From: Octopus sinensis
Taxonomy: Eukaryota
Direction: 5' to 3'
Length of the DNA stretch: 64,000 nucleotides
Assembly: GCF_006345805.1 (NCBI RefSeq)
Contig: NC_042998.1
Coordinates: 28,086,001 to 28,150,000, forward strand
The translations under genes and the position numbers were made by a program. Positions 13,236 to 27,035 of this stretch are shown here, one piece after another (the first letter of the stretch is position 1; each line of letters begins with the position of its first letter). The notes under the pieces were generated by a model, which was not told the DNA's origin, did no database searches, and worked only from the letters and a program-made list of their open reading frames with translations.

Positions 13236-14269
13236 CACATCCACTCAATCTAAGAGGATCGATTGCAATTTAATGAATATTGTTGTGTCACATTGCTGTG
13301 GATTTGTTCAGTTGATTCGAAGTTAATTAATTTTTCTTTCTTTATTTAACTCCAGATCAGTCCTAATTGAACAGAGCTATTATTGTGCAATGCATCTTTT
13401 ATTTAATTCGGTAGGAAATAATTTGAAGGAAATTTCAGAGCTACTTCTAGGAAGCCGAACAACAATGTAGAAACTCCCTAGGTGAAGAACGCTACGATTC
13501 GAACTACGTTCACGTCACTTTGTAACAGCGATACAACCGCCAGTGCAGATTCCACTCTTCTCTGCTAGAAAATAGTTCTCTGTAACTTTCTCTTTACCTT
13601 TCTTTATCTTCCTTTCTTTCTCCTTCATTCTCTCTCTCCTTCTCCCTTCCTCCCCCCTGTCTGTCTGTGTCACATTCTCCGTTTCTTTTATATTTTCTAA
13701 TTAATTTTTGTCAGAAGTCATTTGTGTAAGAGGAAGTGTGAGATAAGTGTTACGTCTGTCTGTTAATTACTTCAGAGGGAATCGCGGTGAGTTATGAATT
13801 ACATTCCATTGCTTGAAACAAGTAGTTCATGCTGGAATCAGTGTGTAATATGATTCAATGAGTAATTACTGTTGATAGAAATGAAAGACAATTTTACATA
13901 TATATAGCTACAATTAGCTAAGTACCGTTATAATATTTTTTGAATGGCTTAGTCATAATAGAACAGACAACGTCCATGATTTTTCAGGTTAAATTTCACG
14001 AGAAGTATTCAGTGGAATACTTAAATGATCATCATAAACACGGATGGAAACTCAACCGACTGAGTAGCATAGAACATATATTGCTCTTCTTTTACTAGTT
14101 TCGTTCATCAACGTTTAGTCTCGCTGGAACAGTGTTTTTGAGGTTATATTCCATTATATCTACTGCAGTATTTGTATTTTAATCTCGATGTTATATCATC
14201 TTCCTCTCTTTATAGGAAAGCAAAGTTAGGAGATGCAAAGAGACATTATGCAACATCTATTTTAAATTT

Positions 14270-14631
14270 GGCTTAAAATTTTGGCACAAGGCCAGCAATC
14301 TCAGGGAGGAGGTTAAGTCGATTACATTTACCCCAGTGCTTAACTGGTACTTAATTTATAAGGATGAAAGGCAAAGTCGACCTCGGCGGAATTTGAACTC
14401 AGAATGTAAGGACGGACGAAATACCTATTTCTTTACTACCCACAAGGGGCTAAACATAGAGAGGACAAACAAGGACAGACAAACGGATTAAGTCGATTAC
14501 ATCTACTCCAGTGCGTAACTGGTACTTATTTAATCGACTCCGAAAGGATGAAAGGCAAAGTCGACCTCGGCGGAATTTGAACTCAGAATGTAAGGACGGA
14601 CGAAATACAGCTAAGCATTTTGCCCCGCGTG
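14270..14631 (-). mobile_element. SINE family A internal dimer
   Basis: Two GGCAAAGTCGACCTCGGCGGAATTTGAACTCAG cores joined at GAAATACCTATTTC. Confidence 0.9.
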
Positions 14632-14838
14632 TTTCTGGACTCTACCAGACCGTCGCCTTGTTTATTTTTAAATAGATTTAACATAAACACACACGGAATC
14701 TCAAAAACATACGCTCGCACACTTCCATTCATATGTAGGAAAAATTTACAGAGATATCTCCATACATATATGCAGGTATTAATATATATATACATATATG
14801 CATGTATTGATATATACATACAAGCATAATGGATGGGA

Positions 14839-15219
14839 GGCACTCCGTCGGTTACGACGATGAGGGTTCCGGTTGATCCGAATCAACGGAACAGCCTGCT
14901 CGTGAAATTAACGTGTAAATGGCTGAGCACTCCACAGACACGTGCACCCTTAACGTAGTTCTCGGGGGTATTCAGCGTGACACAGAGAGTGACAAGGCCG
15001 GCCCCTTGAAATACAGGTACAACAGAAACAGGAAGTAAGAGTGAGAGAAAGTTGTGGTGAAAGAGTACAGCAAGGATCACCACCATCCCCTGCCGGAGCC
15101 TCGTGGATCTTTTAGGTGTTTTCGCTCAATAAACACTCACAACACCCGATCTGGGAATCGAAACCGCGATACTATGACCGCGAGTCCGCTGCCCTAACCA
15201 CTGGGCCATTGCGCCTCCA
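14839..15219 (-). mobile_element. SINE family D, tail type 3
   Basis: Head GGAGGCGCAATGGCCCAGTGGTTAGGG; tail as at 2223 and 43090. Confidence 0.9.
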
Positions 15220-15559
15220 CACAAGCATAATGCATAGAAGCATACACAGACTCACACGCACGCAAATTTATACCAGGATTCTGCAGGTTTTCTGTTTGCC
15301 AAATTTCACTTAAAAATTATTAATCGAAACAACACCGTGGTGTAAGAAGCTTAAGCATTTGCCTAACCTATCAAACAATGGTTTGAAACTCAGGACTCTG
15401 GTTGCAAATAGTACATATTATACACTTAGGCAATAATACACTGGAGAAATGTAATATATGGCATTGTATAACATATTCTTTAGTGAAAATGGTAATGTCT
15501 CTAATTTGAGGACTATTCAATGAACACTTCCCAAATATTACCGATAAATAGTGGGCCAA

Positions 15560-15790
15560 AAGGCGGCGATCTGGCAGAACCGTTAGCAAGCCGGGCGAAA
15601 TGCGTAGCCGTATTTCGTCTGCTGTTACGTTCTGAGTTCAAATTCCGCCGAGGTCGACTTTGCCTTTCATCCTTTCGGGGTCGATAAATTAAGTACCAGT
15701 TATGCACTGGTGTTGATGCAATCGATTTATTCCTTTGTCTGTCCTTGTTTGTCCCCTCTATATTTAGTCCCTTGTGGGTAATAAAGAAAC
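15560..15790 (+). mobile_element. SINE family A monomer with imperfect TSD
   Basis: GATAAATAGTGGGCC on the left and GATAAATAGTGAGCC on the right. Confidence 0.9.
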
Positions 15791-17142
15791 AGATAAATAG
15801 TGAGCCTAGTTCCTTTTTATTGGGTGTGATTTGCAGTTAATTATTGGTTCCGTGAAGCAATAAATTGGTAATAAGCTGTCATCGATTTTAGACTTGTTGG
15901 AAACCTCTTCTGGTCGAGTTAAGTTTTGCCTTTCATCGTGATGGCCTCGGAAAATAAAATAGATGTCAAGAATTTTTATCAATTATTTTCCCCTCACTTG
16001 CTTTCCCTCGGCTTTGGCTAAGTTGCAAAGTGAGAAGGATTTTCGTTGACGTTGACTGCTCAAAGTGTCGTTTTCTATAAAAATGTAAAAAGATTAAGGT
16101 TAAGGATAGTAAACTCTTCTCGTAGAAGTGCTATAGATATGCTTAGAAAATATCCAAGCAAAGTTTGATGTAGCGTATGATAGGGAAAAGAAATGAAGAA
16201 GATACAATAACACAGATCGCTTTCTAATAAAGAAAAAGCCGTTCGTTTCACAAATAATATTTGAAGATAAAACTCATTTAAAAGGAAATGTTTTGAAATA
16301 GCCATTTCGAAAGATTTATCAGCCATTTTATTCTGGCGTCGTGTGGCAGTTATTTCCACTTTTCAAGCTGCTTAAAACGTTGAAAGTCATATCTCAACCT
16401 GATACGTAAACCTAGTTTCGTTTGAACGGTGTTGTTTGCAGGGAAAAGCGGCTTTTCTTTGTATCAACAAACGAGGAAACCTCTAAGTAGTCACCAAACC
16501 TGCAAGAAATAAAATTGAAATCCATCTTGGATCAAACATTACAGTCTTTAGAAAGGGACACATTAAATAATGTGATACCTCAGTAAAAGACGTGGTCACG
16601 GCCACCTAAATCCAAGAACAACGGTTACGATACCAGGGCGTCGACTATCGGACCACTTATCTAAACGTAAACTTGTCTTGAGGATTCTGTAAGTTTAGCT
16701 CTCTTTCAAATCTGTGCCTTAATCTATTATGCAGCAATAAACAATCTAAGAACAATTAAGCATACATTAATTATTGTTTTATGGTTCATGCTTTTTCAAA
16801 TACACTTCGTTCAACAAATGGATTTCAGGCGTTTATCTGTAATTGATAAGACGTTTCTGCTCGTGATGAAATTTAGAAAATACATACACGTATGCATGCA
16901 TACTAACACACACAGTTATGTATGTATGTATGTATGTATGTATGTATGTATGTATGTATGCATGCATGCATGCATGTATGTATGTATGTATGTATGTATG
17001 TATGTATGTGTGTGTGTCTATATATATATATGCAGGTATAAGTTAGAGGTGTTTAAACCCTCTAAGGGATAGCTACATGCAAAGGCACTCCTGGTAATTA
17101 CCTCATTAGGTATAGCTCCTTGGTGAAAGGACTATACCTACT

Positions 17143-17441
17143 GAGGTTGCCCCCGCTGACTACCACTTCTTCCAGAATTTGGATAACTTTTTGATAAGAA
17201 AAATAAAATTTAATTCCGACGATGCAGTAAGACAGGCCTTCCAAGATTTTATTGACTCTAGATTGCCAGGCTTTTACAGTTCCGGGTTGGACAAGCTACC
17301 GCTGAAATGGCAAAAGTGTATTGACAACATGGAAGCATACTTTGATGACTCCATGTATATATAAAACATATATAAAACATATATAAAACATTGGCAAACT
17401 TTTTTTTACCTTTCGACAAATTTCATACTTGACGGCCTAAT
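17143..17441 (+). mobile_element. mariner transposase C-terminal relic with probable 3' TIR
   Basis: EVAPADYHFFQNLDNFL..KFNSDDAVRQAFQDFIDSR..FYSSGLDKLPLKWQKCID; TIR-like TTCATACTTGACGGCCTAAT end. Confidence 0.85.
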
Positions 17442-17687
17442 GTATTATATCTATAAATTATATTATATTGGATGAAAAGTCAAAACCAGGCAGAACAAGT
17501 GTCTCAAGAAATCTAGAATAATTTAATTAGTCTAAGGGGAATTTGAAGTCTTACAAGTAATTGGTTAGCATGCCCATGCACTGGGTATATCGTCATCAGA
17601 GACAAGGTATGAATATTTTAGACGGGGAAAAGCGCTTACCCAGCGTACCTATTCGTTTAGTTCGCAGGTGAACTGAACCCCTGATAT

Positions 17688-17724
<37 letters not shown>

Positions 17725-17767
17725 TATATATATATATATATTATATATATATATATATATTTATATG

Positions 17768-17829
<62 letters not shown>

Positions 17830-17843
17830 GAGAGAGAGAGAGA

Positions 17844-17950
17844 GGCGCAGGAGTAATTGTGTGGTAAGAAACTTGCTTCCCAACGACAAGATTCCAGCTT
17901 CAGTCCCACAGTGTGGATTTGGTAGACGGAAATTGAAAGAAGCCCGTTGT
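17844..17950 (+). mobile_element. SINE family B head, internally deleted
   Basis: GGCGCAGGAGT..TGTGTGGTAAG..GTGGATTTGGTAGACGGAAA. Confidence 0.8.
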
Positions 17951-17993
17951 ATATATATATATATATATATATACGACGGACTGTGTGTGTGTA

Positions 17994-18131
<138 letters not shown>

Positions 18132-18233
18132 TATATATATATGTATAAGGGTGGAAAGGAACACACGAGTTGATATATATGAAAAAACAAGTCAAAAATA
18201 GAAAATGCTAAGATGATTTTATAGTGAATCTTT

Positions 18234-18271
18234 CAGGACCGGTTTCGGTCATTTTGAGACCTTTTCAACTG
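18234..18271 (-). ncRNA. Minimal type-I hammerhead fold, U3-A8 variant
   Basis: CAG TTGAAAA GGTC-tcaaaat-GACC GAAA CCGG TC CTG; stems I and II pair, stem III is the palindrome ACCGGT, GUC cleavage triplet. Confidence 0.65.
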
Positions 18272-18667
18272 TAACGATTAAATAATTAAATTTAGAAAAA
18301 TTAGAAGAAAAGTTTTTTTAAAAGAATATTTTTGTAGTAGTGTTCAGATATAAGTAGCATTCTGCCTTTCTCTGACTCCCTTGTTTGCACTTGTGTGTTC
18401 GAGGTCGTTTGTGTGTGTATATATATATACACATGTTTGGCCAAACGTCACCCGACAGTAAATCAAAATTCCATGAATGCTTAATATTCAATTTTATTTA
18501 TTCATTCCAATTATAAATATTTAATAACTGAATGCTGTGAGTTAAAATCACCGTTTTTTTATTAGCAACGTGTCATATAAACTAATTTTTTGTTTTAATC
18601 TTGGAATAAAATTGTTTTGATTTACTGTCAAGTGATTTTTAGCCAAACTTCTATACGTGTGTATTAG

Positions 18668-18875
18668 TGTCTGTGTTTGTCCCCTCACCATCATCGCTTG
18701 ACAACCGATGTTGGCATGTTTACGGCCTCGTAACTTAGCAATTCGTCAAAACAGAGCGAAAGAATAAGTACTTGGCTTGCCAAGAATAAATACTGGGTTG
18801 AGTTGTTCGACTAAAGGCGATACTGCAGCATGGCCACAATCAAATGACTGAAACTAATAAAAGAATAGTAGAATA
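18668..18875 (+). mobile_element. SINE family B tail (diverged)
   Basis: CATCGCTTGACAACCGATG..CGACTAAAGGCG..CAGCATGGCC..AAATGACTGAAAC. Confidence 0.85.
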
Positions 18876-18893
18876 ATACACACACACACACAC

Positions 18894-18974
<81 letters not shown>

Positions 18975-19337
18975 ATATTTATATGCATACATATATATAC
19001 ATATTTATATACGTCTATACATATGATATGCATTGTTATCCTTTATACAACGTAATGTTACATTTTCTGCCCAGCAAAATAATCGGAATCAGAAATGTAT
19101 TTTCTTCTAAAAGAAAAACGGAATCTCGCAGAATTTTCGTGACTTGAACAAAGCTTTCGGAATTTCGATATTGTTCTTGTTCGGTAAGTGTTTTGATCTG
19201 AGATTCTCTGTCGCAAGTCTATAAGGGATTACAGAACATTTATTATACTTTTTATGTTATCATCAGCAATCTGTGTTTAGATTTTAAGCAGAACTGCTCA
19301 TATCTGTGTTAGTGTTTGTGTATTTAAATAGTGTATG

Positions 19338-19391
<54 letters not shown>

Positions 19392-19926
19392 CACACATTT
19401 ACACATATATATATATATATTTGTGTTAGACGTATGTATAATCCTTTTTGTGCGTATATAGACGTGTGAGGGTATTGCGTATATGGGCGTATGTGTGTGT
19501 GTGCATAAGGGTATGTGCTTATATAGACGTGGTTTACTCTTTGTATACTCTCTTATGCCTTTTTTCTGTATTGTTACCCTTAACCCTGCTTTTTCTTGTG
19601 CTTGTGCGTATGTAGACGTATGTATGAACTTAAACAGTGCGAGCGTGTGTGTGTGCGTGGGGGTTTGTATGTATATGCTTATACACTTGGCGAAGGATGC
19701 GAGTGAGGATGCGTACGTTTTCAAGTGAGGGTGGCTGAATGTATGCGCACGCACGTGGTTGTGCGGGCGCACATGTGTAGGTATGAACAGACGCGCTTAC
19801 GCGAATACTATGTACTTAGCGGTCATTCGAATAACTCTATTGTCTTAATAGCGGTTAATAACACAGTATTTTCCCTTTGTATAACGGTCATTTTCATAGC
19901 CTTGTTCCGATTGCCGGATAAGTGAA

Positions 19927-19937
19927 GAGATGGCGGC
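19927..19937 (+). promoter_or_regulatory. YY1-like motif in a locally CpG-rich stretch
   Basis: GAGATGGCGGC versus the known AAGATGGCGGC consensus; single motif only. Confidence 0.25.
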
Positions 19938-20151
19938 GTGAATGTCCAGCTAGGTATCCGAAACTCGGAGTTTTATCAGAGCTACCGAATAATTCTCACA
20001 TATTACATTTACAGATATATATATATATATAATATTTAATCATATCAAATGGAAATGGAATTTAATTAAAATTAAAGATATTTAATAAAAAATTTACATT
20101 TCTAGTGGTCTAACGTGTAAAAAAATTTAGTCAAAAAGGCTATATATTAGT

Positions 20152-20227
20152 TATACGATATAGTGTATATTTAAACACATAAGGAACCCCTATAAGTGGA
20201 TTCCTTATGTATTTAAATATACACTAT

Positions 20228-20235
<8 letters not shown>
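20152..20235. repeat. 84-bp hairpin
   Basis: GATATAGTGTATATTTAAACACATAAGGAACCCC-tataa-GTGGATTCCTTATGTATTTAAATATACACTATATC. Confidence 0.9.
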
Positions 20236-20262
<27 letters not shown>

Positions 20263-21407
20263 GCATCATCACACAGGAACACAGACATTTGCACACATAA
20301 AAACACACACACATATGTATATAATGAAGTATGTTTTAAATAGAATAAAACATGACAGTAAAAAGTAGCTTTCTTCAATCAGCTATTGAATTCTAGAATT
20401 GCCTTGTGACAGTAGCAGTTGAGAATACAAATTATTTTCAGGAGCCGATTGTGTAAATGCCATCATTGACTTGCCTCTTTTGAGTTGTCGTCAGCCTTAT
20501 AATGGCTCAGTGATTTTCTCTTCAAAACTCGTATAACTGATGAGCTATTAGCATCCAGTGACAGAACAAAATTGTCATTTACATCCTTTTATACTTTCAC
20601 AGAATTTACATAATTTCACTCTGACCAGTAATTCGTTATTTTGTGATTTTAAAAGGAAGCTTTATTCGAAAAAGAATCACAGCAGAATTGCTAATTCTAA
20701 TTTATTCTATGAAAAACGTACAATTTCTGTCATATTCTCTTTTATGCATCCTATTATGTGAAGGTGGAAACCAGCAGTAAGGCTCTAGATACACTATGCA
20801 TGTAAAATAGATACGTGTATGTCACAGTTGGATTACCCCTGATGATAAATTTGCACAATCACGAACTTATACGTGAACACCACTATCCTCTCATCCACCA
20901 CCACCACCACCATCTGTAACACGACAGCTTCTTCATCATCCTTGTAGTTTGCATCTGGACATTCTTAATATGCAGCGACAGGTTGAAAATGTGACGAATG
21001 AAAAATTTTAGAGACGACATTTATTATTCAACTTTGAAAGTTGATTCCATTTTGTAAAACTTTCAAAATCGATACCATTTTAAATGTATCGAGTCAATGA
21101 GCTATCCTACCTTTCTCCCGAACGCACATTTGCTTATCATAATCTTAGATAAAAAATTGGCAATCTATATTTACATATGCAGGGATTGATTTAATGAACA
21201 TATATTGTTGAAATGCATTATACTGTTTTCACATATGCTTTAATTCCAGGCACACGTTCTAAACATTCGCGTTTTCTATGCATCAGTAAAAATTATTCTT
21301 TAAATCGTTCATGTTTGCCTATAATAAGGTAAAGCAATCTTATCACGTCTCTCTTATATACTGTAGATACCTTAGCATTGTATATATTCAAGTAATGTGA
21401 ACATTGT

Positions 21408-21656
21408 GGAGACGCGTGGCTTAGTGGTTAAGGTGTCAGCATCATGATCGTAAGATTGTAATTTCGATTCCTGGACCGGGCTACGCGTTGTATTCTTGAG
21501 CAAAACACTTCATTTCACGTTGCTCCAGTTCACTCAGCTGGCAAAAATAAGTAACGCTGCGATGGACTGGCGTCCAATCCAGCTGGGGAACACGTACGCC
21601 ATTAAAACCAGGAAACCGGGCCCATGAGCCTGGCTAGGCTTTAAAAGGGCGCATTT
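21408..21656 (+). mobile_element. SINE family C, tail type 2
   Basis: GCGTGGCTTAGTGGTTAAGG head, TTCTTGAGCAAAACACTTCATTTCACGTTGCTCCAG domain, GGAAACCGGGCCC tail. Confidence 0.9.
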
Positions 21657-22030
21657 ATGTTTTTTAATGAGAAACATTCATAAGCGTTTGCAAACTGGGT
21701 TAAATATTTCAAAACAAAATGCGTAAATCTTCTGAAGCAAATATTTTGCCTCAAGCATATTTGCACTTGTAACACGTTTGCATCTGAACACATGACTGGT
21801 TAGCGCAGCCAACCCGTGTTTTATTCACTGCAAGCCGCTGAATATCACAACAAGTCATTGAAAGATGACGAGAATATAATAAGTGGGACGACGTGACTCT
21901 CATTTAAGATTGCAGCGTTTGCCTTTCAGGCTTCTGCAGCTGAAGAAGGGATAACCATTCCGTAATGCATGCATTCCATAGTTTCGTTTGATAGCTGTTG
22001 TGAGCTGGTACGGTGTTTTTTACAACTCTG

Positions 22031-22450
22031 AAGGCGGCGAGCTGGCAGAAACGTTAGCACGCCGGGCGAAATGCGTAGCCATATTTCGTCTGTCCTTACG
22101 TTATGAGTTCAAATTCCGCCGAGGTCGACTTTGCCCTTCATCGCTTTCGGGTTCGATAAATTAAGTACGAGTTACGCACTGGGGTCGATGTAATCGACTT
22201 AATACATATGTCTGTCCATGTTTGTCCCCTGTATGTTTAGCCCCTTGTGAGTAATAAAGAAATAGGTATTTCGTCTGCCGTTACGTTCTGAGTTCAAATT
22301 CCGCCGAGGTCGACTTTGCCTTTCATCCTTTCGGGGTCGATAAATTAAGTACCACTTACGACCTGGGGTCGATGCAATCGACTTAGTCCGTTTGTCTGTC
22401 CTTGTTTGTCCTCTCTGTGTTTAGCCCTTTGTAGGTAGTAAAGAAATAGG
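22031..22450 (+). mobile_element. SINE family A internal dimer
   Basis: Head, then the body repeated after the junction GAAATAGGTATTTCGTCTG at about 22260-22278. Confidence 0.9.
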
Positions 22451-23159
22451 GGTTTCACACCTCTGTGTCTACAGAGAGAAATTATTTCCATGAGCAAACA
22501 CTGTGAAAGGCTTTCTGACGGAGTTCGAGTATGCCTCAAGCATATTTGAACTGATAACATGTTAGTATCTATCCACATAATTGCTTAGCGTTGTCGACCT
22601 GTAACTTATTTTGTATGCTATATATTGTGTTGATAAGGGACTTCTATGATGCTCTGTCCAGTAAGAACACATTTACTGATTTAACCTTCATAGTGTTTTA
22701 GTCTATCAAAGTCTGTCGCTTCTCAACCTTCAGCCATGGTTATATTTGAACCCAATGCTGCAAGGTAACAAAACACACATCATGTTACTTTTGCTTATAC
22801 ATGCAAAGTATTTTCTCCAATCTATGGTGGTAGAAGTACACGAGCAATAGAATTCTGTGCGAAGCATGTGACCGGTTATTCTTCGGTTGTATGGGCGAAC
22901 ATTTATTGAACTGGACATTTGCTGCAACATTCACAACCAGTATTGATTTCTTATATCAAACTAATTTAAACATTCGGAAAGAGGCAAGTTCCGCATTACC
23001 TAAATTGTATTCCTGCTATTCAGGCAATAAATCAATGAAGGTCATAATAGCCCATATTTTATTTTAACCAGAATGAAGTTGTGCCTAGTCAAAAATAAGC
23101 TACGATTAAATGAGACGAACGCAGTGCAGTGGTGCAGTGTGTCATAGTTTTAAGCCGTG

Positions 23160-23552
23160 TAAAGATTGGAGGAATTACAAACGTGTTTCGTGGTCTGCTT
23201 CCACAACAGCTCCTTTATAGGATACAGTTAGCACAATACATCGTCAGGAGGAACCACGACAGGTTTCGGCCCCTACTGCTCTACCGTTTTGACGTGTTCC
23301 CCCCCCCCCTTTTCAGAGGTGTCTTCAGCTCTGGTGTTGGGTGAACGTCTTCTTTCTTCTTCTTTCTTCTGTTCCCTGGCCTTTTCGACGTAGCGTCAAA
23401 GAGTGACTGCCTTAACAAATTTTTCCCTTCAAATACCTGATGTAGGCTCCAGCAGGCAGCCCCAGCAAGTTGTCACGTGACACTGTCTCACCTTAACTGA
23501 CTAGTGAAGGCGCGTAGTTTTAGCCGGCGCATTTTCTAAACGACCGTCATCT
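23160..23552. mobile_element. 393-bp unclassified insertion with 15-bp TSD
   Basis: TAGTTTTAAGCCGTG at 23145-23159 and 23553-23567; the interior is more GC-rich than the flanks. Confidence 0.75.
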
Positions 23553-24658
23553 TAGTTTTAAGCCGTGCAATGATTGTTTTAATATTATTTAAAACCAATT
23601 TGCCTAGTTGTGAGATGGATGTTGATAAGAAATCAATATGAGAATAGGATCTCCATATGTTAATGAAAATGAGATGCTAATCAATACAAGTTTATGAAAA
23701 CAACATTGAAAGGAATGGGTTAGTAGAAATCGTAATTTGTGGTACATTAATGTGAGGTTGAATGGGATCTAAACGAAATATTAGATTAAAAACTGGAGTC
23801 AAAGTTTGCATATAATTTCTAAAAGTCTCACATAGCTATCTTAGAACTCTCACACATTAATACTTTAATGCTTGCAAAAGAATATCAATGCACACGCTCT
23901 TTTATACATAAATGACACATTGGAAACATTGGAAAACTAAATCTTCTCTGCGTGTAAAATACCTAGTAATTTCATTTACACAAGTTCAGTTTTTCTCTTT
24001 CACGGTCAATCAAATCGAGATGTGTTTGGGGTTAGAGATTAAAATCGAAGAAACGTTTCGCACATGTCACATTCTATTTCATCGAAGATTTTAAATTAAA
24101 TAAGCGTATAGATTTATTTCTATATAAATGGATCTAATGCTAATAATAATTCGTAATGTGCGGACTACGTGCAAAATTAAATAAATTGCACTAAATTTAA
24201 TTTCATTTTAAGCACTTTACAGGGATTCACGTTTACCGCGATGTAATCAATATCTGAGGTTTTCAAGAAATCTTTCAATTGCTGCAGAGCCTGTATAAAC
24301 GTACGTGAGCTATGCTAAATAACTTCATTTTACATCTAACATTATTATAAATGTTCGAAGTATTTCGAAAATAGAATTCACTGTGTATATAACGAATTTC
24401 CATCCAATCTTGTAGCAATATATTACAGATTCAACTACTAATCTTAATAAATATTTCTCAAGCATGTTTCAGCAAGTAATTTCGGTCGATTATATACTAT
24501 ATAAGATAGTTGGTGTGAAGCAGGCATTTCTATATTAAACACACACATACTCATGCACACACTCATACACACACCATCAAGAATTACACCTCTGTAGAAT
24601 TATTATCTGAAGGCTGAAAGATAACGTATTTGGCATTACCAAACCTTTTGAATAGTGC

Positions 24659-24960
<302 letters not shown>

Positions 24961-24962
24961 CC

Positions 24963-25016
<54 letters not shown>

Positions 25017-26804
25017 ACATCAGTTTTAAGGAGATCATGTAGACTGCGGCCATTAGCTTGTCACCATCTTGCATACAAACAGCGAGTATAGAACAGTCGA
25101 GTCAAAGAATAATAGATCAAGAAATGATATAATAGAATATGAGATTCACTTCGTTCCATTTCAAATTTAATAACTGTGGCAAGATGATAAATGCTACGCA
25201 GCAACTAGCATCGCACTATATGCGTTAAATAAAAATATGAATAATAAGAATGAACAGTCACAGTTCAGTACAATTCATGTCCATAAAATGCAGTAAATTT
25301 TAAATGCAATTATATCAGGGTACAGTGCTTCTATATGCGCCTCCTCTGAAGAGCGCAGTGTTACATAATCGGACAGTTACCTAAAATTCTGTTGAACTTC
25401 TAGTGCGAAACCGATTGGCAATACTGGCCGCAATGGATATATAATACTGTACACTTCGACATAATATATACATACATACATTATATATATATACATATAT
25501 ATATATATATAATGGTACAAAAACGCAATAGAGGATAATAAAACATCCGGGCAGATAGACGATACAAAGGCAGACAGGAAAAACAACAATTAGAGGAACA
25601 GGAAAAAAAGACAGATCATCCGTGGCTTCTTTCGTCAGTCAAGTTACCAGATATTCCTTACAATTTCGGCCAGTTACATTTAAGACTGTTCAAATCTGGT
25701 TGCCTACACCAAGAAGTCTAAGCTAAGAGCATTAGATTTTTTTGTGCGTGAAAATGTATGTCTAATTCAGTGAAGAGTCGTCTTCGAATCTGATAACAGA
25801 AACTCGCCGAAATGCACACAACTTCCAAAAGTTTCTGATTTCAAGTTTAGAGAGGCGGTGTAGTTCTTTGACTGTAAGAGGATGTTGGTTCTCTCAGATG
25901 AACTGAGCATATATTTGTGATTTGTTAATGAATCGATCCCTTTCCGATGCTCCACTTGGTGGTGAGAAGTACACTGCAGTCCTTTCGTATCCAGATATGG
26001 ATTACTAGCCAGTCTGTCCAATAACTGCACGACCCGATCATTAAGTCAAAAGCCTACCTCTTAAGCTTTCTATTGACATTAGAATACATGCTAATCTATT
26101 AGAATGGACGTTTTCTTTAATGTCACTACAACTCTATAATCTAAGCAGCATTATTCCTCTCAGTTTTGAAAGTCAATGACTTACAATTTCTTTATTCGTT
26201 TTCGATTTCTCACCCTCATACAAGTCTGATGTAACCGGAAGAACTAATGGTAATTAGATTATCTTAAGGTAATGTTGTTTATCCCTCAATTTAGCCATGA
26301 TTGGCCGAAACCATGTGACTGCGAAGCAAATGACGTCTTTCTTTCCGCATAGCCATATCTTCAAGTATGATACACAGATAGGTATTTTAGTATATTTCTG
26401 CTTCGTGCAGACCCGCTTTACATAAAAAGTTGTGTATTTAATATAACCGGACGGTCTCATACTGCTTTTAATGTAAATATTTATATTATACATACCATTA
26501 CGTATAGCTTTTATAGTTATTTCCGATTAGATTCACTTGAACTCTCTCTTTCACAGTTTCACTTTTTTAAATACCGTCCACCAAATTTTCATATTTCGAT
26601 TATTTATCATTAAATGAAGTCTAGAAAGTGAAAGGAAATTGTTGATTATTTTTCCTAAATCTTGAATTTTATATCAGGCAGTCTTTTCATATTTGCTATT
26701 ACTCTTTTGATGGTTTTAATTTCACCTGGGTACAAACTTATCTACCCCGTCGACAATGTGTTAATATGCTGCAACGATCCGCATGCTGCGCGATAATTGC
26801 ATTC

Positions 26805-26891
<87 letters not shown>

Positions 26892-26912
26892 GTACGTACG
26901 TATGTATTCATG

Positions 26913-26977
<65 letters not shown>

Positions 26978-26979
26978 GC

Positions 26980-27035
<56 letters not shown>

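Noticed and set aside
25640-25700. Minus-strand TTGAACA..GCCGAAATTGTA and a nearby CTGACGA in a (TA)n-flanked element
   Set aside because: Positions 3 and 8 do not pair and stem II cannot be closed; possibly a decayed relative, but unsupported.
25767-26030. 87-aa non-repetitive minus-strand ORF
   Set aside because: No domain recognised and no clear acceptor or donor; the length is within chance range.
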